From contig OZ116700.1 in the NCBI GenBank assembly GCA_964199315.1, positions 4,030,001 through 4,094,000 of the forward strand: a stretch of 64,000 bases of DNA. The letters are read 5' to 3'. The stretch is from Orbicella franksi (lineage: Eukaryota). The notes beneath the pieces were generated by a model. The model was not told the origin of the DNA. It saw only the letters and a list, made by a program, of their open reading frames with translations, and did no database searches. Positions 39,501-50,659 of this stretch are shown here, piece after piece. A program made the translations under genes and the position numbers. Numbering within the stretch: position 1 is the stretch's first letter; each line of letters begins with the position of its first letter.

Positions 39501-41469
39501 TTATGCTGCCCCACGAACAACATACTACTACTACCAACAACTTACAACACCAGCGACAACAACAACAAAGTACCCTGAGAAACTAGGATTATCGAAAATG
39601 TGCAACAAAAATACCATGAAAGATCACAGAGAAACATATTAACAACCTTGTGATATATCCCCAAATTCTAGAATATGAATGCCATGATGCCCTTCTGTCA
39701 GTCCTTGTAACACTCCTGTGATTACACACGGCGCACCAGGATACTAGAAATAAAATTTACTTATCAGTCATTCCTAGCCATATTTAAAAGGATCTAAACA
39801 AAGGATTCTTCAATAGACCATCCCAGTTTCTAGTGCCATCTTTGTTGGGAGGGACAAACACAATTAATGTAAGGGAACTGTTAGATGTTCGATATCCTAA
39901 CAATTCAAGGATGATTAACATTCCCACATTTTTATGACTTAAAAGTTAAAGATACCCAGGAAAAGATTTTAAAAATTAACTTTGAAGGACAAAGCTGTGT
40001 CTAAGAAGCTGAGGAATCACATTTTCAAAATTTCATTGCAAAGGAAGACTTCATTTTACAGACAAATGCAGGGTGCAAAGAAAAAGGGTAAGGGGTCCGA
40101 CATTTGAGTGTACAATTTAACAAAACTTTGTAGAGTGTCCCCCAGGACAAAGGTCCAGGGTATGAAAACTTCAAAAACACGGAAACCGTAACACTGTGGC
40201 TTAATTTTCTTGGGATGCTCGTTCAGTAAATTCCTTTATCTCAAGCACATCATTTGGTATTCAAATTTTCTGTGATTCCTCTGACATACAATTCTCCACT
40301 ATTCAAGTTTGCTATGTTCCCCCCGCCACCCAAGCAAGAAACCATCAAAGGGCCTTAAGGCTGCTGTACACTAGCTGATTTTTGGTCATAGACCTGCGGT
40401 TTCTTTGTCGGAGTCAAATCGGGTTAAAATTCGTCGGGCCATCAGTGTGCCGCACACTAGCCAATTTTTTGTTGCGACTAACCACGTTGACGCTTGGGAC
40501 CGAGTCATCCAAAATCAAGATGGTGCCTATTCCACTCACATGACTCTTATGACATTTCCTAATTGGTTGAGGCGCACACTAGCGGACAAGGCCCGACAAG
40601 ATGTTTTGAGATCTAGCACTGTCAGATATCGCCCGACAAGCCCCGAACTTGTCGCAGACTTGTCTGAATAGACCACACACTAGCCAACAAATGAAGATTT
40701 TTTGTTGGCCAACAAAAAATCAGCTAGTGTGCGGGGGCCTTTAATTGCAGCGTCAGCAAGAGTCAGGACTTCACTAGGGCAACCTGTTTTATTGCCAAGT
40801 CACAGAGAATGTGATAGCACAGTCACTTAAATTATTAATTTCAAGAGGTTTTGTTTTAATTTTTTCTCTCTATACAAAAGTTTTCTCCAAAAAAATAAAA
40901 CCTAAGGATATTTTAGTTAAAATATCCAATTTCGTTCTGTATGCTCAAGTGTTTATTGTTCAGTGGGATTTTATGGTGGCACATTTTCCACGCACTTGCA
41001 TTGACAACTGACCGTTCAAATGTAAACAGAGTTTGATTGTAAATATGAGTTTGACTATTTTAAGCATGTGGAACATAACCGACGGAGACCAATCTCTACC
41101 TTAGTTAGGTGACAATTACTGTAATAAAGGATACTGAAATGCCACCATTCACCAAATTAATTAAGCTCATGACAGCTGGATCGATCTCACGCGCATGATA
41201 AGATAACGTTGTTTAAGCTAATTATGTGGATCAGTACTAACTTCAATTTAACTTCCTTGTGGAAATATTCAAATAGTCGATTTCAGAACAGAGACGACCT
41301 CTTCAACAGCTTTCTTCCGAAACAGGAATAATTGACAACCTGTGTGTACTTGTGTATACTACACGAAGCAGTTCTTTTTAACCTACTTGAAACGAACGCT
41401 TACCTCTTGTAAGAACGTAATCGATCCTTGAACATCACTGCCAGCTAAGTAACAGACTGCTCGAGCCAT
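36566..41469 (-). CDS. SOD1-like protein (165 aa) with intact Zn site but altered Cu site (H48L, H120C, R143C; human SOD1 numbering); probable pseudo-enzyme
   Basis: Exons 41404-41469, 39647-39743, 39396-39465, 37957-38074, 36566-36712; GT-AG, phases 0/1/2/0 as in SOD1. Protein: [165 protein letters not shown]. Confidence 0.9.
38271..38768. mobile_element. Tc1/mariner-type MITE (same family as 26243), abutting a ~115-bp MITE at ~38155-38268
   Basis: TA|cagtcaaact ... gaggtttgactg|TA. The neighbouring element has the TIR gaacccctattaa/ttaataggggttg. Confidence 0.8.
40358..40740. mobile_element. PIF/Harbinger-type MITE
   Basis: TTA|aggctgctgtacactagctgattttt ... aaaaaatcagctagtgtgcgggggcct|TTA. 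Confidence 0.8.
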
Positions 41470-43412
41470 ACTTGACAAGCATCAGAGGTATTTGTAAAAT
41501 ATATATTATCAGTTCAGCTTCAGTCAAGACCGCAAAAACAACAACTTCCAACTTTGACGTCTCGAACGCGCGCGAAAGACAAACACACCGCTGACACAAA
41601 GAACTGCCCCTCCCCCGAAGGTATAGCTACTCCATTCCACGTACATTCGAGCCATTACTGTTAGCCTCCTTGGCAGAAATTAATCTTTCTCTTAGGACTC
41701 TGGGAAAAAGTGTGTGGTCCGTGAGCCAAGAGTCTCGGCGAAGGTCATCAACATTATCGGCGGGGGTGGGTGGGAAAGACAGGGGGGTGGGACTCCGGGA
41801 GAATACGGGGCGAGAGAGGAAAGGGCGGGAAGCAGGAGTTCTAAGAGGGCGGGAACCTTGAGAGAAATGCAAAATACTAATTTCTGTCATTTAATAAACG
41901 CTTAAATACTTTCAGAAACAGGAACCCCAATTTTTTCTTTACTTCCACTTTAATAGCATATTTTGAGACTTCTGGGCAAAAATTCGCCCTTAAAAACTGA
42001 GGCTTACTTCCAGTAAAATTGAAACCACAAGGTCGGGAGTCGGGAATGCAGGTGCAGGAGTTCTGACCCCCTGTTTCCCTCCCCCCCACCCCCGCCAAAC
42101 AACAACATTGCTTGGAGGGGTGGTTAGTACCAAATCAAAACGTGAGGGGCATGTGGAAATGGGTTTTAGAAGGTATGATGTATGCAGTCGCTTGGAAGGG
42201 GAGAAGGGGTTTTGTCTGGCTTCAACAGCAGATTTAATGCAGTCAGTTGTGCTCATTTTCCCAGATACCACATGACTAAATGTTTGGAACAACTGTATGG
42301 AAATTTCCTGGGAAGTCTGGAGATTTGTTGAAAACATTCAACTGAAAATTCTGGAAATTCCAGTAGAAAAATCAAATAGAATCAAAATTTCTGGTGAGAA
42401 ATTTCCAAAAATTTGGGTAAACAAGATTAGTTAGTCCTCCTTTCTGGAAATTCCAGAAAATGCTGTTCCATTCATCCCTGGAAAGTTAAGAAAATTCTGA
42501 CCAGAATTTTTCATCATCATTATTAGCCTGTCCCATGCCAGGCATTTGGTTAGTCGAGGGGCAGTGCAAATACAATGGAAGAAAAAAAGGCAGGTATTGA
42601 GAGAAATGAGTCGTACTCCTCACTTATTTTTTCTCTTCCTTTTTTTTTTTCTTTTCTTTTCCCATTTTAGCACTGTGTCTGCCCCCAACTAACCAACCAC
42701 CTGGAACAAGTTAATAATTATTGGTCTTACGGTTACAGACTGAGGTACTATAATAAGCAGACCGTATATAAGAAAGAGCATGGATTGTGTGTCAAAGCAG
42801 TTTCTTTAAACACAGGCAGAAAAGCCACTTGTGTAAGCTTCAGGCCATTATTTAAAAACAGGCCAACTTTGCTTCAAAGGACAGAGGATATCACTTTACA
42901 TGATCTTTCAGTGTTCATATCAGCCCTTAGTATCCATTACTCAAACCATAGTTTGTAAGTCACATCAGCTTTAAAATTAACCTAGCATAAAACTGTTGAA
43001 TGATGGAAATTTATGAGAACCTTGTAAGAGATATTTTTACCAGGAAAAAACAACCCCTCAGGAACCATGGAGAGGGAAGGGCTGGTGGAGCTATTAATAA
43101 CTTGGGTTGACAGTTTAGTGGTCTAGATGACAAGGATAATGTATGAATTTTGCAACAAGAAAGCAACAAAATGGCAAAAAAGTGACCCCTAAGAATGCTT
43201 GTTTGTCCTGGCCAGATTTTTTAGCCCTACCAATTTTTGGTCTCTTCAATCCCTACCCTAGTCTGTGAACACAGATGTATTTCCAGCTGTCACTTGTCTC
43301 TCCCAAAAAAAACAGCATTATTTTTAGTGGAAACAAGCAACAGCCAGAAATTAAATACCTCTGCGTTCGCAGGCTATCCATGCCCCTAAATAGAAATAAT
43401 TTGCAACTGGCA

Positions 43413-46216
43413 CCCGTTTTAAGAAGCTCAATGTGGCGTAGAAATTTTTGTAGAGCTCTACGACTCTACGCTTTCGTCACCAGTCTCCTCCTACATGTTG
43501 GAAAGATACATTACCTCTCCTACTTCATAGCTTTTACCGTAGTTCTGTATTGTTACTATGGTTACCTGCCTATTTTGTAACATTTGATTTCAATTTGCAG
43601 CATATTCCTCACATATATCTCATATATATTAAAATGCTATTAAAGTGTCATTACGGTTTACAGTGTTTTAATCGTTTCCAATTTAAAATTTTGTATTGAG
43701 TTTACCCTCTACCATCTATGCTCTACGCTCTACAGTTCTATGTACGAGCATAGAGGCTAGAGGCTTACAGTTATTGTAGCAAATATTAAGGTGCATGGGG
43801 AACGTTTAGTGTTATTACAGTTTACGGTGTTTTAATAATCTTTCTAATGTACAATTCTGAACTGAGTTTACGCTCCACGCTGTATGCCCGGAGGGGGGGG
43901 AGGGGATACTCCCTTACACGGGCTATATAGGTATGTGCGGCCCCAAAAGGTATGGTTTTTCAGCCGTTTTGGTCATAAACAGGGTATAGATTTTTAGGTG
44001 ATTTTGGTCATAAATAGGGTATGGTCTTTGCACTCTAGCCTTCATATGGGTAAGTTTTTTAAGAAGAAGCCACTTTTTCATCATTATCGAAAAGAAAAAC
44101 AACAAAAGCCCTTCACAAATTATGTTTATGGTAAATTAACATTGGTCTGATCTAGGGAACCAATCATAACGCAGGTCTGAAACAGAGTTTTGATTTAAGG
44201 GTCAGGTCATAAATAGGGTTTCGAATTTTTGGTCAGGTCATAAATAGGGTAGGGAATATCGCAGATTTTGGTCATAAATAGGGTAAGGGTTTTGGGAAGC
44301 GGGCCGCACACCCCCAATCAATTTTTCTGGAAGTACCCCCCCTCCCTCGCCACTGGGGCTGTATGTTCTACCATCTACATTCTACTCTCTACATTCTACC
44401 AGCTACTCTCTTCAATCTACGCTCTACGCTCTACCATCTACCCTCCAAGTCCATCTACGCTCTACGTTCTACCAGCTACTTTCTTCGATCTATGCTCTAC
44501 GATCTACCCTCTAAGCCCATCTGCTTGGAAGGCTATTGGAATTTGTAATTTTTTAAATTTTTTTACTTTTTTAACGAGCACTAGTGAACAGCACAAAGGA
44601 AGACTTCTTGTAGTTGTAAGCTTTTTTGTTTATTTTTTTTTTCGTTTATTTCCAACGCACTTCGTCTCTATCTGAGACTTCTTCAGGGAATGATTTCAGT
44701 GGGCCTAAGTTTAACTTCCCATGGAAGTGAATAACTGCTGAAACATGCTGTAAACAGACGTTACAAGAAATGCCTTTATGCACATTATTGTCATATTTTT
44801 GGGGCCATACGATTAGCGCTAATCGTATTGCGTGTTGCCATATTTTGGGGGCCATATGATTAGCGCTAACCATATGACCCCCAAAATATAAAAGAAGTTA
44901 AAAATAAAAAAACATTTAAAAAAATGTTACAACATTAACACATTAAAAAAAGACATTTTTTGTTTGGAAGGGTTTCCACAGAAATCCTATTAGAGTTTCT
45001 TAGTTATCTCTATAACAAGACTGATTGTATTAAACTTACGTACTATGTTACTAACGAAAGTAGTATTTCATTTCTTGATTATTTCTTTACAAAGATGCTA
45101 ATTTTAGCACTCAGCAGCTTTCTACCTATCAAAATCCACTAAATAAGTATCTGTACATTCCCTTTGAGTCGTTTCATCCCCAGAGCAACAAGAGGGCCTT
45201 GATTAGAGGTGAGCTTATGTGCTATACTAGAAATAGCTCCACGTTTAAAGCCTTTAGTGAAATGCGAGAAATTCTGGAAGTGCCTCCGGCTTCGCGGTTA
45301 CCCAGTTGGGGTTTTACTTCCTTTATTCAGGGAGGTTAAATACATTAACAGAACTTAGGGTCGTAATTCGTCGTAGAGATTGCTGTTCATTTCAAGTTCG
45401 AAATAATGGTTTAACTCAGAACCACTAACATCAAGCTGGTTATCCAGAGACATTTACCAGACTTAGACTGTATTGCTAGTTTTTAGGGTTGTAATTCGTT
45501 ATAGAGATTACTGTTCATTTCAAGTCCGAATAAATGGTTTAACTCAGAACCACTAACACCAAGCTGGTTATCCAGAGACATTTACCAGACTTAGACTGTG
45601 TTGTTGGTTATAAATCTTCTACTACTTTAGCATATTTATGTAAATAGTATGTTTTTGGGGGGCCATACAATTAGTGCTAATCATATGGTCCCCCAAATAT
45701 AACAACATGCAACAAGGCATTTCTGTTAATGTCTGTTTACAGCATGTTTCAGAGAAACTCATACTCGCAACCAAATACTTTTTACCCCTCTACTGGTTTT
45801 TTAAGCCTCTAAGCTAGTGTAGAGAGTAGTCAAAAATTCTTGAACTAATAAACTCATAGATACGTAGAGCATAGAGGCTGAGCGTACATGTAGATGGTGG
45901 AAGATGGAGTGTAAGAGCTTTAAGAGTGTAGCACGTTGACTGTAGATGGACGAACATATAGCATAGAGCATAAAGCATAGTCAGGGTACACTAAATACAG
46001 AATTGTAAATTGAAAACAATTATTAAAACAGTGCAATCCATAATAACACTCAACATTCCCTAAGCGATATAATATTTGCTACAATAACTATACACCACTA
46101 CACCTCTACGGTGTATGCATATGTGAGAGAAATGGAGCTTAAACATTCAAAATACTACCGTAGAGTCGAAGAGCTCTACGAAAATTTCTACGCCTAATTG
46201 AGCTTCATAAAACAGG
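43413..46216. mobile_element. ~2.8-kb foldback structure with long nested inverted arms
   Basis: Inverted matches: 43413-43470 with 46159-46216, ~43600-43870 with ~45850-46110, and ~44735-44890 with ~45650-45752. The arms are rich in CTCTACG/CTCTACC repeats; a MITE (~43890-44300) is inserted in the left arm. Confidence 0.75.
44950..45345 (+). pseudogene. Frameshifted Penelope-like reverse transcriptase C-terminal fragment
   Basis: DIF..IKLTY..ESSISFLD / STYQNPLNKYLYIPFESFHPQSNKRALIRGELMCYTRNSSTFKAFSEMRE / KFWKCLRLRGYP: PLE RT motif E plus the following helical region, with at least two frameshifts. Confidence 0.75.
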
Positions 46217-46447
46217 CTGGGTATAATAATTTGCTGCACTGAGAGGCTTATTCACCATTTCATCAGTCTTTAATCATGATTCTTCCAGAAGCTCAAGGAC
46301 AAGTGAAAACATTACAAAATGAACTTTTAATGACTACATCATGTCTCTTTCTGGTTATTTCAGACTTTAAGTCTAGTTATTACACACTTTCATGCTTTAG
46401 TCCCTCCAGTCATCTGATGCACTGCAAGAATCGGCCAAAGATGCTCT

Positions 46448-49400
46448 TTACTTAGTAATACCAATTACTCCACAGGCCTGGCGAGGACCTGCATTTCCAG
46501 TCTTCAGGCTTTCATCATCACCACCTTTTCCCAAGTCATCTTGCTTGGCATGAACCTGAAAATTGAGCCACAAGTTGATAATGATTAAAAAGGCTTTGAA
46601 AACAGCCTGCTTCTGACACATAACAATCCAAAATTAATATAGTCCTCAGTAGTAGATTTAGGGGAGGTTCTGCTACAGTTGTTCTTTCACTTTCTGGAAA
46701 AAAAAAATGTCAGTAGTGAACCACGAGTATAAAATTTCCCCTCCCACTACTTTTCAAGCAAGATATACCACAGCTCTAGTACAATCAACTTGTATCTTTT
46801 GACGGCCTCTTGTGTACAGGCTTTACTTTGATTGCACAAGTGATAATAATTTGCAGACAAAGTGTGCCACCTATGAAACAGCAGGGTATCTACAAGGTGA
46901 TTAAGTCAAGTCTAATAGATTGAACAATCTTGCTTAAGTGCCTCAATCAATAACACACATTCAAAGGGCAAATCTCAGTATTCAAATAACACACTGTCTC
47001 TGGACTTCTCTTCAACTATTAATTTTTTTGCTAGTAATAAATTCATTTAAGTCAACAAGCCAGCATGAGGCCTTCAAAATCTCAGGGTTTTCAATAAGAA
47101 TCAGAGTAGATGGCAAAACTTCAGTAGTGGACAGTGAAGGTACAACTCGAGCAGAAGGCATGACCTTGGGGTGGGGTGTACAGGAGCATGCATGGAGATT
47201 CTTAAAATTTGGACTTCTTAAAATGCCTTCTGCATTCTGGAGCAAATATATGCATTATTATAACAAGTATTAATCTGGCCGGGTTAATTCTTGTTGATCT
47301 GGTGGCTGTGGAATGGCCCTGAGGCAGTTTGTTTCAAGTTCTTGACGAAATCAGTGGAACAGGTAGCAGCTGTAAAAATTGATGCAGCCTTACTCCCAGA
47401 TGCAACAGCAATTTTAGGAGTGTCTGTTGTTGACGCTTCTCCTAACCATCTGAATCAATTAAAATAAAAGATTAGTTTCTTTATACCTTGGGTGCACGGC
47501 AGTTTATGGCTCCATTTGTGGCCACAGAAACTCAGGACATACTTGTCTCTTTACGCTGTCGCTTTTGTGGAGGTTAAAACCCTCCAACAGAGTTGTTTGC
47601 CTCTTTGCGGCAGACATCCGATGTGTAATCAATTCAAATTTTGACAAAACTCAAACTCCGCAAGGTGGACATGATCATGTCATGCATGACACATGTGGGT
47701 AGTTGTATTGGGCATGCATTGTGCAGGTTTCATCCCGAGGTTATGCATAAAGGCCAGGCTGCTCATCGCAACTGTTTTTGAACGAAAGAAGAAACAAACG
47801 TGAGTCACCGCTGCTAATTACTCGGAATTCAGGCAACTTCCTTTTGTGTTTTATGAATAAATGTTGGCCAATCCAAGCATTGTGTTTTGTAGAAAAATGT
47901 TTCATGCCATTCGTCTCATTTGACACAAGTTCCCAATCAAAGTAGGTGGCGAAATCATGTGAAGTAGCCAGCAAATTTCACTGGCCACCAGCCCTTATTG
48001 AAAACCCTGAATCTCCCAAGGTGAATAAAAGAAAACATGTTAAAGGTAGTGAGGAGAATTGATCACATACCACAATTGTGCGTCCAAGAACAGTGTTTGG
48101 TCCTTTAAGAGTAACAAGTTTGTCCGTTATGTCTACTTTTGCTTTACCATCAGCCCCTGCTGTGATGTTGCCAAGGTCCCCATAATGACTGTATGTTAAG
48201 ATACAAAAAAGTGATAACATTACAATATTAATTACTATCAAACAGTTGGGAATTCAGGGAACATTTCTAAAACAATTGACCAAACCATAAAACATGGCAT
48301 ATTCTTTTAAAGCAAAGGTACCTGTTAAAATGCTTTACACTCGTCAATATGAAGCCACAATAACTTAGCAATACTGTTACCAAAAATGGAAGTAACTTTT
48401 TGAAATTCTTTAGGATATTGCAGAGGAGAACATTCAATTTGATATCACCTAAACTCAATTTCAGTATATTTTTCTCAGATGGCCTCCTGCAAGAAAGCGT
48501 GCTGATACATAGGCAAATTTGTAAATAGGAAATCTTTACTAATTACACGCATGCAAAGACATACCGTGTGGGACGAAATTTTTGTGGGATCCAATTTTTG
48601 CAAATTTCGCAGATTAAATCCCCTGAAAACAAACTCTGGCGAACAGAAATTCAGCAGAAATTTACTCCTTTTATTTACATTGCTGAATTTCAATGGAAGT
48701 GGTTGCAAACAGTGTCACGAAAGCGACCACATGGCTTCTGTTTTTGTTACTTTCAAGTACCACACATGAAATCCGTGAAAAATTATTCCCAGAAGTAAAG
48801 TCTGAAATCCAAATAATTGGCAAAAATTTGTTCCTGTAAAACTCAAAAATCTGAAGTCTGCGAAATTAAACTCCCGCAAAAATTTCATGCTACACGGTAG
48901 ACATTTTTTATAATAGGTATAAGTTTTACTTGCTGTCTTATCCTTTTAGAAAATGCTTATTTTTAATTTAATTAAAAGCTATTAAAGATCTTAGAGCTTT
49001 AGTTTAGGTATTAAGTTAGCATTTTTGAATATGTTTATAATACTAGTGCTATACCAATTTATTTTACAATAACTGGAGACATTGTTACCGTATTGCATCA
49101 TCTGGACCTCCATGAGTTTTACCTTCGGGATTAAAATGGGGGCCAGAACTTGTACAACCTGAAAATGAAAACAAACAGATAGTCCACTATATGTGTAGCA
49201 TAATGTGGTAACCCTAAACATATCATTTACTCCTCTTTCACTATTGAACCATCAAACTGTCCTCGTAGCTGTCATCCTACTCACACCCGCTTTCAGTGTT
49301 ACCTGCATAGGTGTCATCTTTGCACTAACTTTTGACATGCAATCTTTCAACATGCCATCTTTCGACATGCTATTTAAATAGCTGACAGATTGTTAAACTG

Positions 49401-50659
49401 TGAAAGTGGAATTTTTCCAGTTATGATAATTACTGTCCCCAAATGGCTGAGGAAGATTGTAGACTTTGCATGTTTCCAGCTGTATGGGATAATTCCAACG
49501 ATTTGTGTGTAGTCCATCAGCTCTCAATAGTGACTTGTGGTCGAATTGGGTTGTTACCGCTTTTAGTATTCGAAAGATGTAAACATTCAAAACAGTCATC
49601 TCTAATAGTGTGACTTCTTGATTTTGGTTGTCATGTGACTATCCGTACATATGTACATCCGTCCATCTGTCCGTACCCCAAACCCCCTTCCTTGAAATAT
49701 AGGAGAGTAGCACCACTACCGTAGGTACATCTTTGATATTGGACATCCATGTTATGATTAATTGACAGCTGTCAAAGCAAGGTATTTGCTGACCAGTATC
49801 ACGTGACCTTATCGCAGGCTCAGATCAAGAGCTCACCAAGGTCGCGTGTAAGCAGTTGAAATGCCCCGATCTACATCTCAAATGACTACATCGTGAGACT
49901 AACGATAATACGCTTAATTATTGCATCTACCACAATGAACAACAACAACCTTTTCCTCGATACAAGTTTATGTTCCACCATTTTGGTTTTGTTTCTTGAA
50001 CATTTTCATCCCAGTCGACCACGCTGAAATTTCCCATATGAACAGACCCCAAAATTTGTCCCAGTAACTGAGCCAGCACAGTTACCGGGCTCATATGAAG
50101 AGGCCCTCAGAACCCTACCATTTGTGCCATCTCCAAACTGGTGAACGTGGAATCCATGCAGTCCAGGTGTAAGACCCTCCACTTCACCAGTAATCTTGCA
50201 CACATCTCCATCCTGTAAGAAAATTTGGGGTTACTCACTGTTTTTCAGACTCGGGCCTGTTGATCAAGGGATAATGTTTCTCTGTTGTAAAATATCAACG
50301 TCATGGAAACAGTGTGGACCGATGAGGGTGTTGCCCAATGTCGATGATGCCCCAGTTGCACGGAAGCAAAAGTAACACATGAGAAGTCTCACTGACTTCA
50401 GGAAACGATTTAAATGATTTATCTTTACTTGAAAAAAACATTTAAAGCTTCATTTCCCATGCTGTGAGTTATTTTACAACTTTTTTAACAGCTTAAAATA
50501 TTTAGCAAAGATCTGATCGTAAGAGCGAATGAATTCACTATTCACACACATGTATTCACTCGTCCTCAGGCAATACTAACAACTTACCTGCTCAAAGTGG
50601 ATCACACCTTTCACAGGGCTATTGTTGGGTAATAAAACGCAAACTGCCTTCAGTGCCAT
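46448..50659 (-). CDS. SOD1: Cu/Zn superoxide dismutase, cytosolic (153 aa)
   Basis: Exons 50588-50659, 50119-50212, 49089-49158, 48071-48188, 46448-46555. Protein: [153 protein letters not shown]. All Cu and Zn ligands, R143 and C57/C146 are present. Confidence 0.97.
48564..48897. mobile_element. MITE with TA target duplication, in SOD1 intron 3
   Basis: TA|ccgtgtgggacgaaattttt ... aaaaatttcatgctacacgg|TA. Confidence 0.75.

Noticed and set aside
36566-41469. Calling the SOD1-like gene CCS (copper chaperone for SOD)
   Set aside because: No Atx1-like MxCxxC domain and no C-terminal CxC domain; the start Met and intron pattern are those of SOD1.
458-50659. Apparent echo of the human IGF2R-SOD2 neighbourhood
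   Set aside because: SOD2 is the unrelated Mn enzyme; the genes here are Cu/Zn-type, so this is not conserved synteny.
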